DNA of 41,215 nucleotides from Bdellovibrionota bacterium (GCA_044356215.1 JBIKWQ010000028.1:1-41215); one strand, 5' to 3'; positions 9,701-18,569 are shown, counted from the stretch's first letter. Made by a program: numbers and translations. Notes: generated from the letters alone by a model not told the origin.

Positions 9701-10335
9701 AGATAGACCCCCTTGAGATTTACCCCCAAAAGCTGCGACTTAAAGAGCCTATCGTCAACCTTCCGTAGCGTCCTATGGTGACTGGTGGTGAGGAGATTAA
9801 AGTGCCTTCTTTTTCCGAGCATCTCAACTATCTTATCGCCTACCGAGTCGTCGCACTCCCAATCGAGCCGGGCAGGATCAGGCAGCTTAAACGGGGAAGA
9901 AAATGCTCTGAGCGACTTATCTCCCCTCATGCTAAAATAGAGTTCAAAGTAAGAGAGCACTAATTCCCTCGGGCTCCTAAATATCGGCTCCCTAAAGCGT
10001 AAACCCGGAAAATTTGATTTGGCGACAGCACCCCAGTACCCACGCCATTTATAAGCGCAGATCATGTGGTCATCGTCGTCTTCTGCGCAAAGATCAATAA
10101 GAAACGGCTCGCACTTTCCCCGCTTCAATGCCGCCGCGGCTAGCAACGAACCATCAAAGCAGTGGGCTCTGCCGTCTCTAAGGGCCGCTTTCGCTGAGAG
10201 ATGGCCATCTTCGCACCTGTAAGGAAGTGAGTCTACTAAATCCTGGGCACGATCGGGTGTTGAAGACTTAGAGAGAATAGCCAGCTCCTGTTTGCTCCAC
10301 GCAGCATTGATTTTCTGTGTCTTCATACAGTACAT
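9697..10335 (-). CDS. Conserved hypothetical protein, possible Cys-His papain/transglutaminase-like enzyme
   Basis: AHCFDGSLLAAA, DDDH, WGAVAKSN, LRFREP..RELVLSYF; 4-nt overlap with yciH. Confidence 0.7.
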   Translation of the reverse strand: MYCMKTQKINAAWSKQELAILSKSSTPDRAQDLVDSLPYRCEDGHLSAKAALRDGRAHCFDGSLLAAAALKRGKCEPFLIDLCAEDDDDHMICAYKWRGYWGAVAKSNFPGLRFREPIFRSPRELVLSYFELYFSMRGDKSLRAFSSPFKLPDPARLDWECDDSVGDKIVEMLGKRRHFNLLTTSHHRTLRKVDDRLFKSQLLGVNLKGVYL

Positions 10336-10412
10336 GCTGTGGGCTTTCCCAACCTACGTCAAGCCCAACGGTCACTACAATGACCGCGACGACCACAAAA
10401 TCCGGTGAGTAA

Positions 10413-10679
10413 TTACGCCCCACGAATGGCCCCGATCTCTCGCAAGACCGCCGCGGCCGCTTCAAAGAGTTCGACCGGAATCTCGGTGTCTAGTTCAACG
10501 GCCTCGAGAGCGGAACATAGACCTTCCCTCTCTACGATCGGAATACCGTGCTTCCGGGCGCAGCCGACGATAAAATCCGCCACTTTGTATTCTCCGCGCG
10601 CTGCTAATACGGGAGGCTGCTCATCACCGCCAGGAAGCTCTAACGCGAATGCTTGATAGTACTTATTGCTCATCGACAT
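10413..10679 (-). CDS. Stand-alone FlhB/SctU C-terminal (CC) subdomain protein
   Basis: AFAL...PPVLAARG...A..I...ARKHGIPIVE...L...L....EIP.ELFEAAAAVL is the FlhB-CC pattern. Confidence 0.88.
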   Translation of the reverse strand: MSMSNKYYQAFALELPGGDEQPPVLAARGEYKVADFIVGCARKHGIPIVEREGLCSALEAVELDTEIPVELFEAAAAVLREIGAIRGA

Positions 10680-10732
10680 TTCCCCCTTTTATTACATAGG
10701 GAAAGCCGGCAAAACCCCTCCCTAGGGAGTGA

Positions 10733-10761
10733 TCGGTCGATAATCTAAAAAGTTGCGCAAC
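10733..10761 (-). promoter_or_regulatory. Candidate alternative-sigma promoter GTTGCGCAAC-N15-CCGA
   Basis: A near-identical motif lies upstream of the sctI-like gene (17593-17622). Confidence 0.45.
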
Positions 10762-13700
10762 TACCCACGCTCGCTAGATCGGTCGCGAATCTTGTTGATA
10801 ACTTTCTCTAGACACCAAACAGTTATCGGCTTCTCTATGTGATAGATGCCTGTATGGTCGGGGGTTTCTTGCCCGTCTCTAACGGGCTCCCCTTCAGCTG
10901 CCCGAGCGCTCTTGTAGCCTTGAGAACATAAACATATTACCGAAGCCTTGGGGCAGGCAGAAGCGACCTCCTTACAGGTCAAACTACCTTGCGCTCCAAG
11001 CCCCTCTTTATCTAAGAGAATAATGTTCCACGCGTCCTGCTCACGCTCAATCAGTTCACGAGCTTGCCGCAAATCAAAAACCCCGCGCGCGACACATCCG
11101 AGAGATTCGAGAGCACTGCTGACGAAAGGTTGTACCCCTGACTCAATACCAAGGAGTAGGACCCCTACTGGCTTACTCTGACGAGTCGACTCAGCGGAGT
11201 TTTTATTCTGTCGCTCATTGCAAACTATCGGCAGGTACACACTGAAAATAGACCCCTCTCCCTCGCGGCTGTGAACGGTAATCGCTCCATCATGCTCACG
11301 TATGATCGAATAGGCGGCCGCCAATCCGAGTCCGGTTCCTGACAGGCCGACCCCCGTGTCGCGGTCAATATTTTTGGTTGTAAAAAAAGGCTCGAAGCAA
11401 CGACTAGCCGCCTCCTCGTTCATCCCGACACCGTTATCTCTCAAATCGATTCGCACATACGACCCCGGTGAGATATCAGGCCCTAAATCCCCACTTCTTA
11501 TGATAACTGAATGAGTCGATATCGAGACCTCGCCACCTTCGGTGTCGCCGATAGCGTCTTTAGCGTTAGCCAGCATATTGGTGATCACCTGTTGCAGCTG
11601 ATTAGAATCCGCTAACAAAGCGATCCCCTCTGGTAACTGGTCGTCTACAATCAGATTGATATCGCGGCCTAGAAGAGATCCATACAGCTCGCGCGAATCG
11701 CGCAAGAATGACGAGAGATCAATCTTAATCCTTTTTCGTGCCCCCTTCGCCGCGAAGTTAAGAAGTTGCGATACAAGAGAAGCGCCCCGCATCGCCGCGT
11801 CACTAATCACTTTAGATGCTTCAGCGACTCCCTGATTACCCTTCGCTTGAAGCTGAATCAGCGACACCTGACCAACTATAGTCTGCAGTAGATTATTAAA
11901 GTTATGCGCCACTCCAGAGGCAAGCAGCCCCGCTGTTCTCATCTTTACCGCATTCGCCATCTTGGTTTCAAACCGACCAGCTATCATAGCGGTCGCCATC
12001 TCACTTGCCATACTCACCAGAAGCTGTAGTCTGTCCGAAGTTGAAAAAGTCCTCTTCGAAATAGGCTCCAGAACGAGAACACCCATTACCTGACCGATCG
12101 CGACAAGCGGCACTAGTATCAAAGAGGACGGATCTGGAAAGAGAGATATGAGGTCCTCTTTTACTTCACTCGATGGATCGTCAACTATAACTGGCCTCTG
12201 GTCTGTCAGCAGCTCCTCTAGAATGCTTTGTGAATCATCGATCTCAATCTGCGAATCGACGACCTCCGGAGTAACATTAGGACCGAAGCCGGCTCGGCCA
12301 ACTATAAAGGTCCCCTGTTCATTAGTCATTCCGATCCAGCCACGTTTCAGCGCAAACTCCTCCTTAAGTACTGGAAGAATCTGTTCCCCGAAATCAACAG
12401 CCGCTCTGTACTTAGCTAACTCCCGACTCACTTTAAACAGAGATCCTAGCGAGACGCTCTGCCTTTTCTGAACCTCAAAGTTCTCAGCTTGACGGATAGC
12501 TAGTGTGATCTGCGACGCCGCCGCGCTGGCGAGGTCGTAATCTTCCTCAAGAAAAGGCTCGCTACCCCTCTTAAAAAGCACAAACGCCCCGTAAACAGTA
12601 GATTCAAAAAGCATCGGCGCCACAATCGTCGCTCTTAATCCCTCACTTTTAGCCAGCGATCTAATCGCTCGCTGGTCACTCTGGAGGTCATCGATCAATA
12701 GACCACTCCTGTCCCTGATCGCCTCCCTGAGCAGGCTCGGCCCTTCAAGGACCTCATGAACATTGACCAGATAGTCCTCTGAAAGCCCTATCGCCGCGGA
12801 AACCTCTAAGGCAGCCGACTCGCGATCTGTCAGCACCGCGTACCCACACTCAGCCCCAGTGGCTCGCAAAACAGATTTTAAACCTGTGAGAGTCACCGCG
12901 GCTGGCTCATGCGGCTCCTCTAGTGACTGCGCGATCTCAAAGAGCGCCTCAAGACGCGCGTTCTGCTTTACGAGAGCATCCTGGGCCGATCGGCGATCAG
13001 TAACATCAACACCAAATCCCTCCCATCCAAGAAGTTTTCCCGAATTATCCCAATGCGGAACAGCGCGCAGGTGAATCCACCTGAGTTCGCCGGTCTTTTG
13101 ATGTGTTACTCTAACTTCCTCTTGTAGCTCGGTACGTTGTTCTCTAAGTCTAACGATCCGCTTTAAAAGATTAGGGGCGTCCCTTGGGTCAACGATCTTG
13201 GCCCAGACACTCGGATCTCCCTTTAACTTCTCAGCGGGATATCCGATTAGCTGCTCTGAATTTCCAAAAACATCCCTTATACTAAAATCCCTGTCAGTGG
13301 TGAGGATGACTATATTCCCATGCGTTGCTAAACGCTGGTAGCGCTCAACGCTTCTGCGACTCGCGTTTGTATCGGCTTTAAAAGGCTCCTCTTCGGTCGA
13401 CTTAGGGGATGCCAACCGAATCTGCTCAAACGCAGAGACCTCAGCCGGTAGCCACCTGTGAAAAGCCCTCTTAAAAAAGCACGCGACATAACCAACTACC
13501 CTGCCGTTCGCGCTCAACTTAAAGAGCCCGAACGACTTAGTTCCGCTGTGTGTCAACGCGTTTGCGAGAGCGGTAGGAATCCGTGCTCTGCTAACATCGT
13601 TGGCTGTAATTGTAGGTGGCAAGGCATTATCATTAAAAAGAACTTTGCCATCACTAAAAGAGAAGAGTCGATTGCCATTTGAATTAGCTACCACGCCACC

Positions 13701-13889
13701 CGACAGCACAAATTGGGCATAGTCCTGCGGTGATCCAGGCACCGAGACCAGCACATCCACCTCATCGCACTTAAGAGATTGCGCGACCGCTTGCGCGATC
13801 CCGGTAGCCGGGGTGCTCGTGCCGCTCCAGAGACTACTGTCAAAGTAGCCTTGCGTGGTCGTATTGTCGTCTCGCGCTTCGCTGGCCAT
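10761..13889 (-). CDS. Soluble hybrid sensor histidine kinase (GAF-like, PAS, GAF, GAF, HisKA, HATPase, atypical receiver)
   Basis: H-box VAHNFNNLL, NMLANAKDA, DNGVGM, FEPFFTTK, GTGLGL; PAS end DVTDRR; receiver keeps LLD and EKP but lacks the N-terminal acidic pair. Confidence 0.93.
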   Translation of the reverse strand: MASEARDDNTTTQGYFDSSLWSGTSTPATGIAQAVAQSLKCDEVDVLVSVPGSPQDYAQFVLSGGVVANSNGNRLFSFSDGKVLFNDNALPPTITANDVSRARIPTALANALTHSGTKSFGLFKLSANGRVVGYVACFFKRAFHRWLPAEVSAFEQIRLASPKSTEEEPFKADTNASRRSVERYQRLATHGNIVILTTDRDFSIRDVFGNSEQLIGYPAEKLKGDPSVWAKIVDPRDAPNLLKRIVRLREQRTELQEEVRVTHQKTGELRWIHLRAVPHWDNSGKLLGWEGFGVDVTDRRSAQDALVKQNARLEALFEIAQSLEEPHEPAAVTLTGLKSVLRATGAECGYAVLTDRESAALEVSAAIGLSEDYLVNVHEVLEGPSLLREAIRDRSGLLIDDLQSDQRAIRSLAKSEGLRATIVAPMLFESTVYGAFVLFKRGSEPFLEEDYDLASAAASQITLAIRQAENFEVQKRQSVSLGSLFKVSRELAKYRAAVDFGEQILPVLKEEFALKRGWIGMTNEQGTFIVGRAGFGPNVTPEVVDSQIEIDDSQSILEELLTDQRPVIVDDPSSEVKEDLISLFPDPSSLILVPLVAIGQVMGVLVLEPISKRTFSTSDRLQLLVSMASEMATAMIAGRFETKMANAVKMRTAGLLASGVAHNFNNLLQTIVGQVSLIQLQAKGNQGVAEASKVISDAAMRGASLVSQLLNFAAKGARKRIKIDLSSFLRDSRELYGSLLGRDINLIVDDQLPEGIALLADSNQLQQVITNMLANAKDAIGDTEGGEVSISTHSVIIRSGDLGPDISPGSYVRIDLRDNGVGMNEEAASRCFEPFFTTKNIDRDTGVGLSGTGLGLAAAYSIIREHDGAITVHSREGEGSIFSVYLPIVCNERQNKNSAESTRQSKPVGVLLLGIESGVQPFVSSALESLGCVARGVFDLRQARELIEREQDAWNIILLDKEGLGAQGSLTCKEVASACPKASVICLCSQGYKSARAAEGEPVRDGQETPDHTGIYHIEKPITVWCLEKVINKIRDRSSERG

Positions 13890-13920
13890 CTATACAGAAG
13901 CTATCGCTAGTTTATAAAAT

Positions 13921-14703
13921 TTATTCGACTTGGGTCTTCGATTTTCTGACAACCACAACTTTGGAGCGCTTAATCCTCTTCTCAATCTCGGACATGAGCA
14001 ACATCTTATGCTCATGTTTGCGAGAAGCCTTAGCGTGGGGATCGCCCTCTTCATCCTTGTGTTCATCCTTTAACTCTTGAAGGCTCATTCGCAGTCCTTT
14101 ATAGAATCGCCACCGTGCGAGTGAGTACCCCACGACAGCGAATAACATTAAGACCACTCCCCCACGCGTTAGCGCTGAACGGACCAGCATATGGAAACCG
14201 ACCTCCGCCTCGCTTGTCAGTCCGATGTAAGATGACGGAGTCAAGCTCGCGATCATCATCAAAATCGGAAACAATACCGCGGCTAAGAAAGCGCATCTCA
14301 CCAGTCCGAGCGAAGCATCAAGAAGCCCTTGACCTACTTTCTTGACAAAAGTGCTGGGTAGATACGCGTCAATTCCCTTTACAAGTTGAGCTGGAAGGAG
14401 AAGTCCCCGAGACTGAAACAAACCTACCACGCAACCACTCACCGCGATCGCGCCAATCATCGGCACTAACACCCTCAATCCAAGCCAACTAGCTTCCACC
14501 AGAGCTACCTGTGGGTTCCAAACCTTGTAATTACACCATTGTACCAAGGTTCCATTTCTGACCCAAGCAAACGCCGGGAATAATACGAGAATTAAGCTCC
14601 ACCACGACACGGCGAGGCTAACCATTCGACTTTTGGGTGTTTTTCCCTCACGTCTGGCTTTGTTAAGGCGCTTAATCGATGGTGGGAACTCCTTTTGCCC
14701 CAT
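13921..14703 (-). CDS. sctU: SctU/FlhB membrane + CN part, lacking NPTH and the CC domain
   Basis: KEFPPS.KRL.KARREG, 4 TM segments, LRMSLQELKDEHKDEEGDP; ends SKVVVVRKSKTQVE where NPTH is expected. Confidence 0.85.
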   Translation of the reverse strand: MGQKEFPPSIKRLNKARREGKTPKSRMVSLAVSWWSLILVLFPAFAWVRNGTLVQWCNYKVWNPQVALVEASWLGLRVLVPMIGAIAVSGCVVGLFQSRGLLLPAQLVKGIDAYLPSTFVKKVGQGLLDASLGLVRCAFLAAVLFPILMMIASLTPSSYIGLTSEAEVGFHMLVRSALTRGGVVLMLFAVVGYSLARWRFYKGLRMSLQELKDEHKDEEGDPHAKASRKHEHKMLLMSEIEKRIKRSKVVVVRKSKTQVE

Positions 14704-14705
14704 CT

Positions 14706-15434
14706 TTAAGCACCAGAAAACGACAGCTTTGATATCTGCGCATCTATAATCTTAATCAGTTCCGCCGGGTCCGAAACTAGATTGAGAAGTAATAAGAACG
14801 TAATCACCATCTTAAAGAGCGTTGCTGTCGTTGTGAAATTCATGCCATGTGACACCTTCGCTAGTAGTGCCGATATGATATCAGTAATGAGATACGCGAC
14901 TAACCAAACCGCGCTAAAGCGGATAGCGATACCAACAACTGAGACACCGCCAGCCACAAGCGAGAATAGATCGACCCGCGAAGAAAATAGCCCGCCTGCG
15001 GGTAGTACATGATAACTCTCCGCGACCGATGCCATAGCTCGGTCAAATAATCCAAGTTGAATGGACAGAGTAAGAACAACCAAACGGCTGAAAGCCGCCA
15101 TATCTGAACTCTGCTGTTGGTTAAGCGGGTCAATGATTGAACCTATCGTCTGACCGCGAGCCGTATCTAAGAGCTCTCCAAACATCTCGGCTGATTCAGT
15201 AAGGAAACGAACTGGCGCCGCTATTATTAGCCCGGTGATAAACTCAGGGATGAGAAATAGCAATGACGAATATTCACTGACTTTGCATGAATCGCCTAAC
15301 GCTAAGGCCAATAGAACTGAGATGAACAGTCGCGGAAGTGTTTGAAGCGCGTCCCCTAGCGGAAGACCCACAAAGAGTCCGAAGATACGAGCGGATGCAG
15401 CTGAAATATTCAAAAACTCTATCATCCGCGCCAC
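14706..15434 (-). CDS. sctT: Type III export apparatus SctT/FliR
   Basis: ARIFGLF..LP, EF..GL, GELLDTARG...DP, SY..LP; position after sctR and sctS. Confidence 0.85.
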   Translation of the reverse strand: MARMIEFLNISAASARIFGLFVGLPLGDALQTLPRLFISVLLALALGDSCKVSEYSSLLFLIPEFITGLIIAAPVRFLTESAEMFGELLDTARGQTIGSIIDPLNQQQSSDMAAFSRLVVLTLSIQLGLFDRAMASVAESYHVLPAGGLFSSRVDLFSLVAGGVSVVGIAIRFSAVWLVAYLITDIISALLAKVSHGMNFTTTATLFKMVITFLLLLNLVSDPAELIKIIDAQISKLSFSGA

Positions 15435-15692
15435 CTATCTTCCATTTAGGCTACTTGTCAGCGAGAACGCTCGATAGAACACCTCCTCTAAGAGTACATA
15501 TCCCTGCTCACCGCAGACAATAAGCACCGCCGCGAAGACAGCTAGTCTGGCCAAGTGCGTTAGACTCTGCTCTTGAACCTGTGTAATGGCCTGCAGAACC
15601 GTGACTAAGCCAGCGCCCATCGCGATAGCTGTCATCGGAATTACCGACAGAAGAATCACGACAGTCAGAGCCTCTTGTATTAGATCTTCCAT
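15435..15692 (-). CDS. sctS: Type III export apparatus SctS/FliQ (start MEDLIQ)
   Basis: GLVTVLQAITQVQEQSL signature; 85 aa. Confidence 0.88.
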   Translation of the reverse strand: MEDLIQEALTVVILLSVIPMTAIAMGAGLVTVLQAITQVQEQSLTHLARLAVFAAVLIVCGEQGYVLLEEVFYRAFSLTSSLNGR

Positions 15693-15694
15693 AA

Positions 15695-16366
15695 TCAGTG
15701 GTATGCCTGGACCAGATTTTTTGTCAGCAATAACCAACCATCGGTTGAGATAAAAAGAAGTATCTTAATCGGAAGGCTGACTATGACCGGACTCATCATC
15801 GTTAGCCCCATTGCTACCAGTAAGTTTGCGATAACGAGGTCAATTACGAAAAACGGGATTAGAAGAAAGAATCCCAAGGTAAATCCTCTCTTGATCTCAG
15901 AGAGTACAAACGCGCCAACGGCGACGCTTGTTGTAACTTCACCCTTCATCTCGGCTGTTTCGGCAGAAGGCTCCTCTCTTCGTGCTAATGCGGTAAAAAC
16001 GGCCAATTCCCGCTCTCCACTGTGACTCAACAGAAATTCCCTCCAAGGTGCGATGACTGGGCTCACTGAGTTCTGCAACGAAGCGATTGAGATCGACTTA
16101 AGCTCCTCAAGCTTTACATCAGATGCGCGCGCTATCGTCCGCTCAATAACAGGAGTCATTACCGTTACAGACATTACCAGTGACAACGCCATCACGAGCG
16201 CCGCGCTAGGAGCTTGCTGCGTGCCGAAACCACTTCTTAGCAATCCTAGAACGATCGAGAACTTTAGGTAGCAGGTGCCCACTGAGATCATCAGAGGAAC
16301 CGCCGCGAAGCCTAAGCTTAACAGTAAGAGAACCTCAGGAGACAGCGATTTCATCTTGCTCTCCAT
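15695..16366 (-). CDS. sctR: Type III export apparatus SctR/FliP
   Basis: TCYLKFSIVLGLLR.G.GTQQ.P, AFVLSEI..GF, PFFVIDLVIAN.L.AMG..MMSP, DGW; no cleavable signal peptide, which is SctR-like. Confidence 0.92.
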   Translation of the reverse strand: MESKMKSLSPEVLLLLSLGFAAVPLMISVGTCYLKFSIVLGLLRSGFGTQQAPSAALVMALSLVMSVTVMTPVIERTIARASDVKLEELKSISIASLQNSVSPVIAPWREFLLSHSGERELAVFTALARREEPSAETAEMKGEVTTSVAVGAFVLSEIKRGFTLGFFLLIPFFVIDLVIANLLVAMGLTMMSPVIVSLPIKILLFISTDGWLLLTKNLVQAYH

Positions 16367-17255
16367 CTTCTAGAACTGTGCGCTTTGCGCGCCCTTTCTT
16401 TGGGCCATCTGAATCGCTCCGCGCCCACTCGATACTTCCGATCTTAAGACCTAGAGCGCTCAAGCGCGCCTTAAGCAACTCACTTTCACCCTTCGCCCCG
16501 AGAGTTGGTCTAATAAAGCCCTGCTCGATAACCACCTTAAGATCTCCTGTTCTATCTTTGGCTATAGAGAGAGAAAGTGGTGCCTGATGGCCTAGCGAGC
16601 ATTTTATTGAAAGCATTGGCAGATCGGCGACATTAGAGAAACCGACTCTCTCGATTCGCGGGGATGGATCTATTCGGGTTGGCAACTCCCCGGGCCGAGT
16701 CTCCGATTTATTCGTTGAAGTCCCAACCAGAGTACATTGCGGCGAGTTGTTTAATGAATTGCTCTCACCACCCACAATCCTAAGGCTTCTAACCGCTCGA
16801 TTAGTCGCGATAAGCTCCGACAACTCGTCGGACACATTTGATTCCGCGCGCGTTTTGGCCTGTATCTCACTCTTAGCTATCATCTTCTCAAGCAGAGTTA
16901 TTCGTTCACGAGAGCTACTCGCCCTCGCCATTTGAGAGCTAAGATCCGCTGTCGCCTCCTTGTGTGACCTTCGCGCGACAACCATCTTCTCCTGGGCCTG
17001 CTGAAGACGTTGTAGCTCAGTGCTGACTATTTTGCCGTATTCATGAGAAACCTTAGGCGAATCGGTTTGCGCACCCGAAGTTTGAAGAGCTGAACCGACT
17101 CTGCTTAATTCGGACCAAAGGTTTTTTGTGCTCTGGTCAAGGTCGGCGCGTTTTTTCGCCTCCGTCTCCGCGTACTGACGCGCTGTTTTGAGATCGGAGA
17201 GGTATAAAATTTCGGAGCGAAGAGTTTTAGCTCTAAGAACATCTGTTCGAATCAT
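16335..17255 (-). CDS. Coiled-coil (SctO/FliJ-like) protein with a C-terminal SctP/FliK-like domain (start MIRTDV)
   Basis: N-terminal ~150 aa helical coiled coil, S/P/T-rich linker, then LSLSI...GDLKVVI...LKARLSALGLKIGSIEW resembling FliK-C. Confidence 0.55.
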   Translation of the reverse strand: MIRTDVLRAKTLRSEILYLSDLKTARQYAETEAKKRADLDQSTKNLWSELSRVGSALQTSGAQTDSPKVSHEYGKIVSTELQRLQQAQEKMVVARRSHKEATADLSSQMARASSSRERITLLEKMIAKSEIQAKTRAESNVSDELSELIATNRAVRSLRIVGGESNSLNNSPQCTLVGTSTNKSETRPGELPTRIDPSPRIERVGFSNVADLPMLSIKCSLGHQAPLSLSIAKDRTGDLKVVIEQGFIRPTLGAKGESELLKARLSALGLKIGSIEWARSDSDGPKKGRAKRTVLEDGEQDEIAVS

Positions 17256-17265
17256 AGTCCCAGCC

Positions 17266-17559
17266 CTACTGGTTCTGCTGTAACTTACGAACGGATGCAA
17301 CCGCGCTCTCTGATACCTTAGAAACCAGCTCGACTCTAAGTTGATACTGCCCGATATCGGCCTGAAGTTTGAGCAAGCCTGAGAGGTGGTCCAGTGATCG
17401 CTCAGGGCGCACCCCCGGCGCGGCGCTCATCTTAGATAATTGGGATACCCTAGAGAGGATCTCTGACCAGCTTGACAACTCGGTGGCTTTCGCTGACTCG
17501 CTCGGTATTAGCCGAGCCAGATCAAGGGGCTTATTGTGAATAGATTCAGTCGCACGCAT
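17266..17559 (-). CDS. SctI-like inner rod protein
   Basis: C-terminal LLKLQ.DI..YQL.VELVSKV.E.....V.KL...Q resembles the SctI/PrgJ family; AGGAG RBS; first gene of the operon. Confidence 0.65.
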   Translation of the reverse strand: MRATESIHNKPLDLARLIPSESAKATELSSWSEILSRVSQLSKMSAAPGVRPERSLDHLSGLLKLQADIGQYQLRVELVSKVSESAVASVRKLQQNQ

Positions 17560-17591
17560 ATCTCCTCCGCTGTTAGTACGCAGGAGATATG
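17557..17591 (-). promoter_or_regulatory. 10-bp stem covering the RBS and start codon of the sctI-like gene
   Basis: CATATCTCCT (17557-17566) pairs with AGGAGATATG (17582-17591). Confidence 0.5.
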
Positions 17592-17592
17592 T

Positions 17593-17622
17593 TCGGAGGG
17601 TTAGGGGAAGAAGTTGCGTAAC
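17593..17622 (-). promoter_or_regulatory. Candidate alternative-sigma promoter GTTACGCAAC-N16-CCGA
   Basis: Shared with 10733-10761. Confidence 0.45.
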
Positions 17623-17748
17623 TGGTCAGCGGATTTCTTAGATCGTCTGGGTTTGAGTCAATCTGTCTGTCACAGGCCTTAGATGTCACTTCTCTAGCTT
17701 TGTTAACATCCTGCGCTGGGCTGTCGTTCTAAGTATTCGGTTAAACGG

Positions 17749-18444
17749 ATGAGCCACAGTACCGAAAGAAAGACAAGCCCTGTTAAGGACTTTAAGGTTA
17801 AACAGCTTGTTGAAGGTATAAAACGCAAGAAAAAGTGTGCTCCTACTCAAAAGCAACCTACTGTCACTCTACACATAAAAGAGATGGTTGGAGAGATCCC
17901 CCCTACTCTTCAAGGCTTACGCAACAAGGCGCTATTACTCCTTGGGTTCTCTGGGGCGCTACGGCGCAGCGAGCTAGTTGGGATCGACGTTGAGGACCTT
18001 GCACTGTGCAAAGAAGGTCTAGTGGTGACGATTAAGAAAAGTAAGACCGACCAGTATTCGTTTGGACGAAAAGTTGGTGTGTGCTTTGGAGACCATGAGG
18101 AGACCTGCCCTGTGAAGGCAGTCACTGCTTGGATGAAGGCTGGAGGGATCGGAGATGGGCCGCTTTTTCGTCCGGTTAGGTGGAGTAAGGTACAGGATAC
18201 TAGACTCTCGGATAAAGCTGTCGCCCGGATGGTGAAACGCTACGGATCAGATATTGGGTTAGAGCCTAGTAAGTTCTCTGGACATTCACTACGAGCTGGG
18301 CTTGTCACGTCTGCGATTCAAGCAGGAGTAGATCCGCTTGATGTTCAGAAGCACTCAGGACATGCTTCACTTGATATGCTTAAGCGATATATCAGAGACG
18401 CTACGGTCTTTAGGGGGAATCCGACTAGTAAGATTGGGCTCTAA
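17749..18444 (+). CDS. Cre-like tyrosine recombinase, N-terminally truncated
   Basis: LRRSEL, SKTDQ, CPV, GPLFR, GHSLRAG, GH..S..ML.RY catalytic set intact; only 231 aa with an in-frame stop 14 codons upstream of the ATG. Confidence 0.88.
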   Translation: MSHSTERKTSPVKDFKVKQLVEGIKRKKKCAPTQKQPTVTLHIKEMVGEIPPTLQGLRNKALLLLGFSGALRRSELVGIDVEDLALCKEGLVVTIKKSKTDQYSFGRKVGVCFGDHEETCPVKAVTAWMKAGGIGDGPLFRPVRWSKVQDTRLSDKAVARMVKRYGSDIGLEPSKFSGHSLRAGLVTSAIQAGVDPLDVQKHSGHASLDMLKRYIRDATVFRGNPTSKIGL

Positions 18445-18493
18445 GTAAACCTAACACAAATAGGAACGGACTCGTCGGATTGCTAGCTTTTAA

Positions 18494-18521
18494 TAGCTAA
18501 GACTTTTCCGCAGGGCTGAAC
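18494..18521 (-). repeat. Possible degenerate terminal CRISPR repeat
   Basis: GTTCAGCCCTGCGGAAAAGTCTTAGCTA matches 16/28 of the repeat without gaps, keeping GTTCA and CTTAG; 48 nt from the last perfect repeat. Confidence 0.4.
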
Positions 18522-18569
18522 ACTTCCCTCACAGTTTATTACCCGCTCTATGGACTCCCGCCTTCTTGA

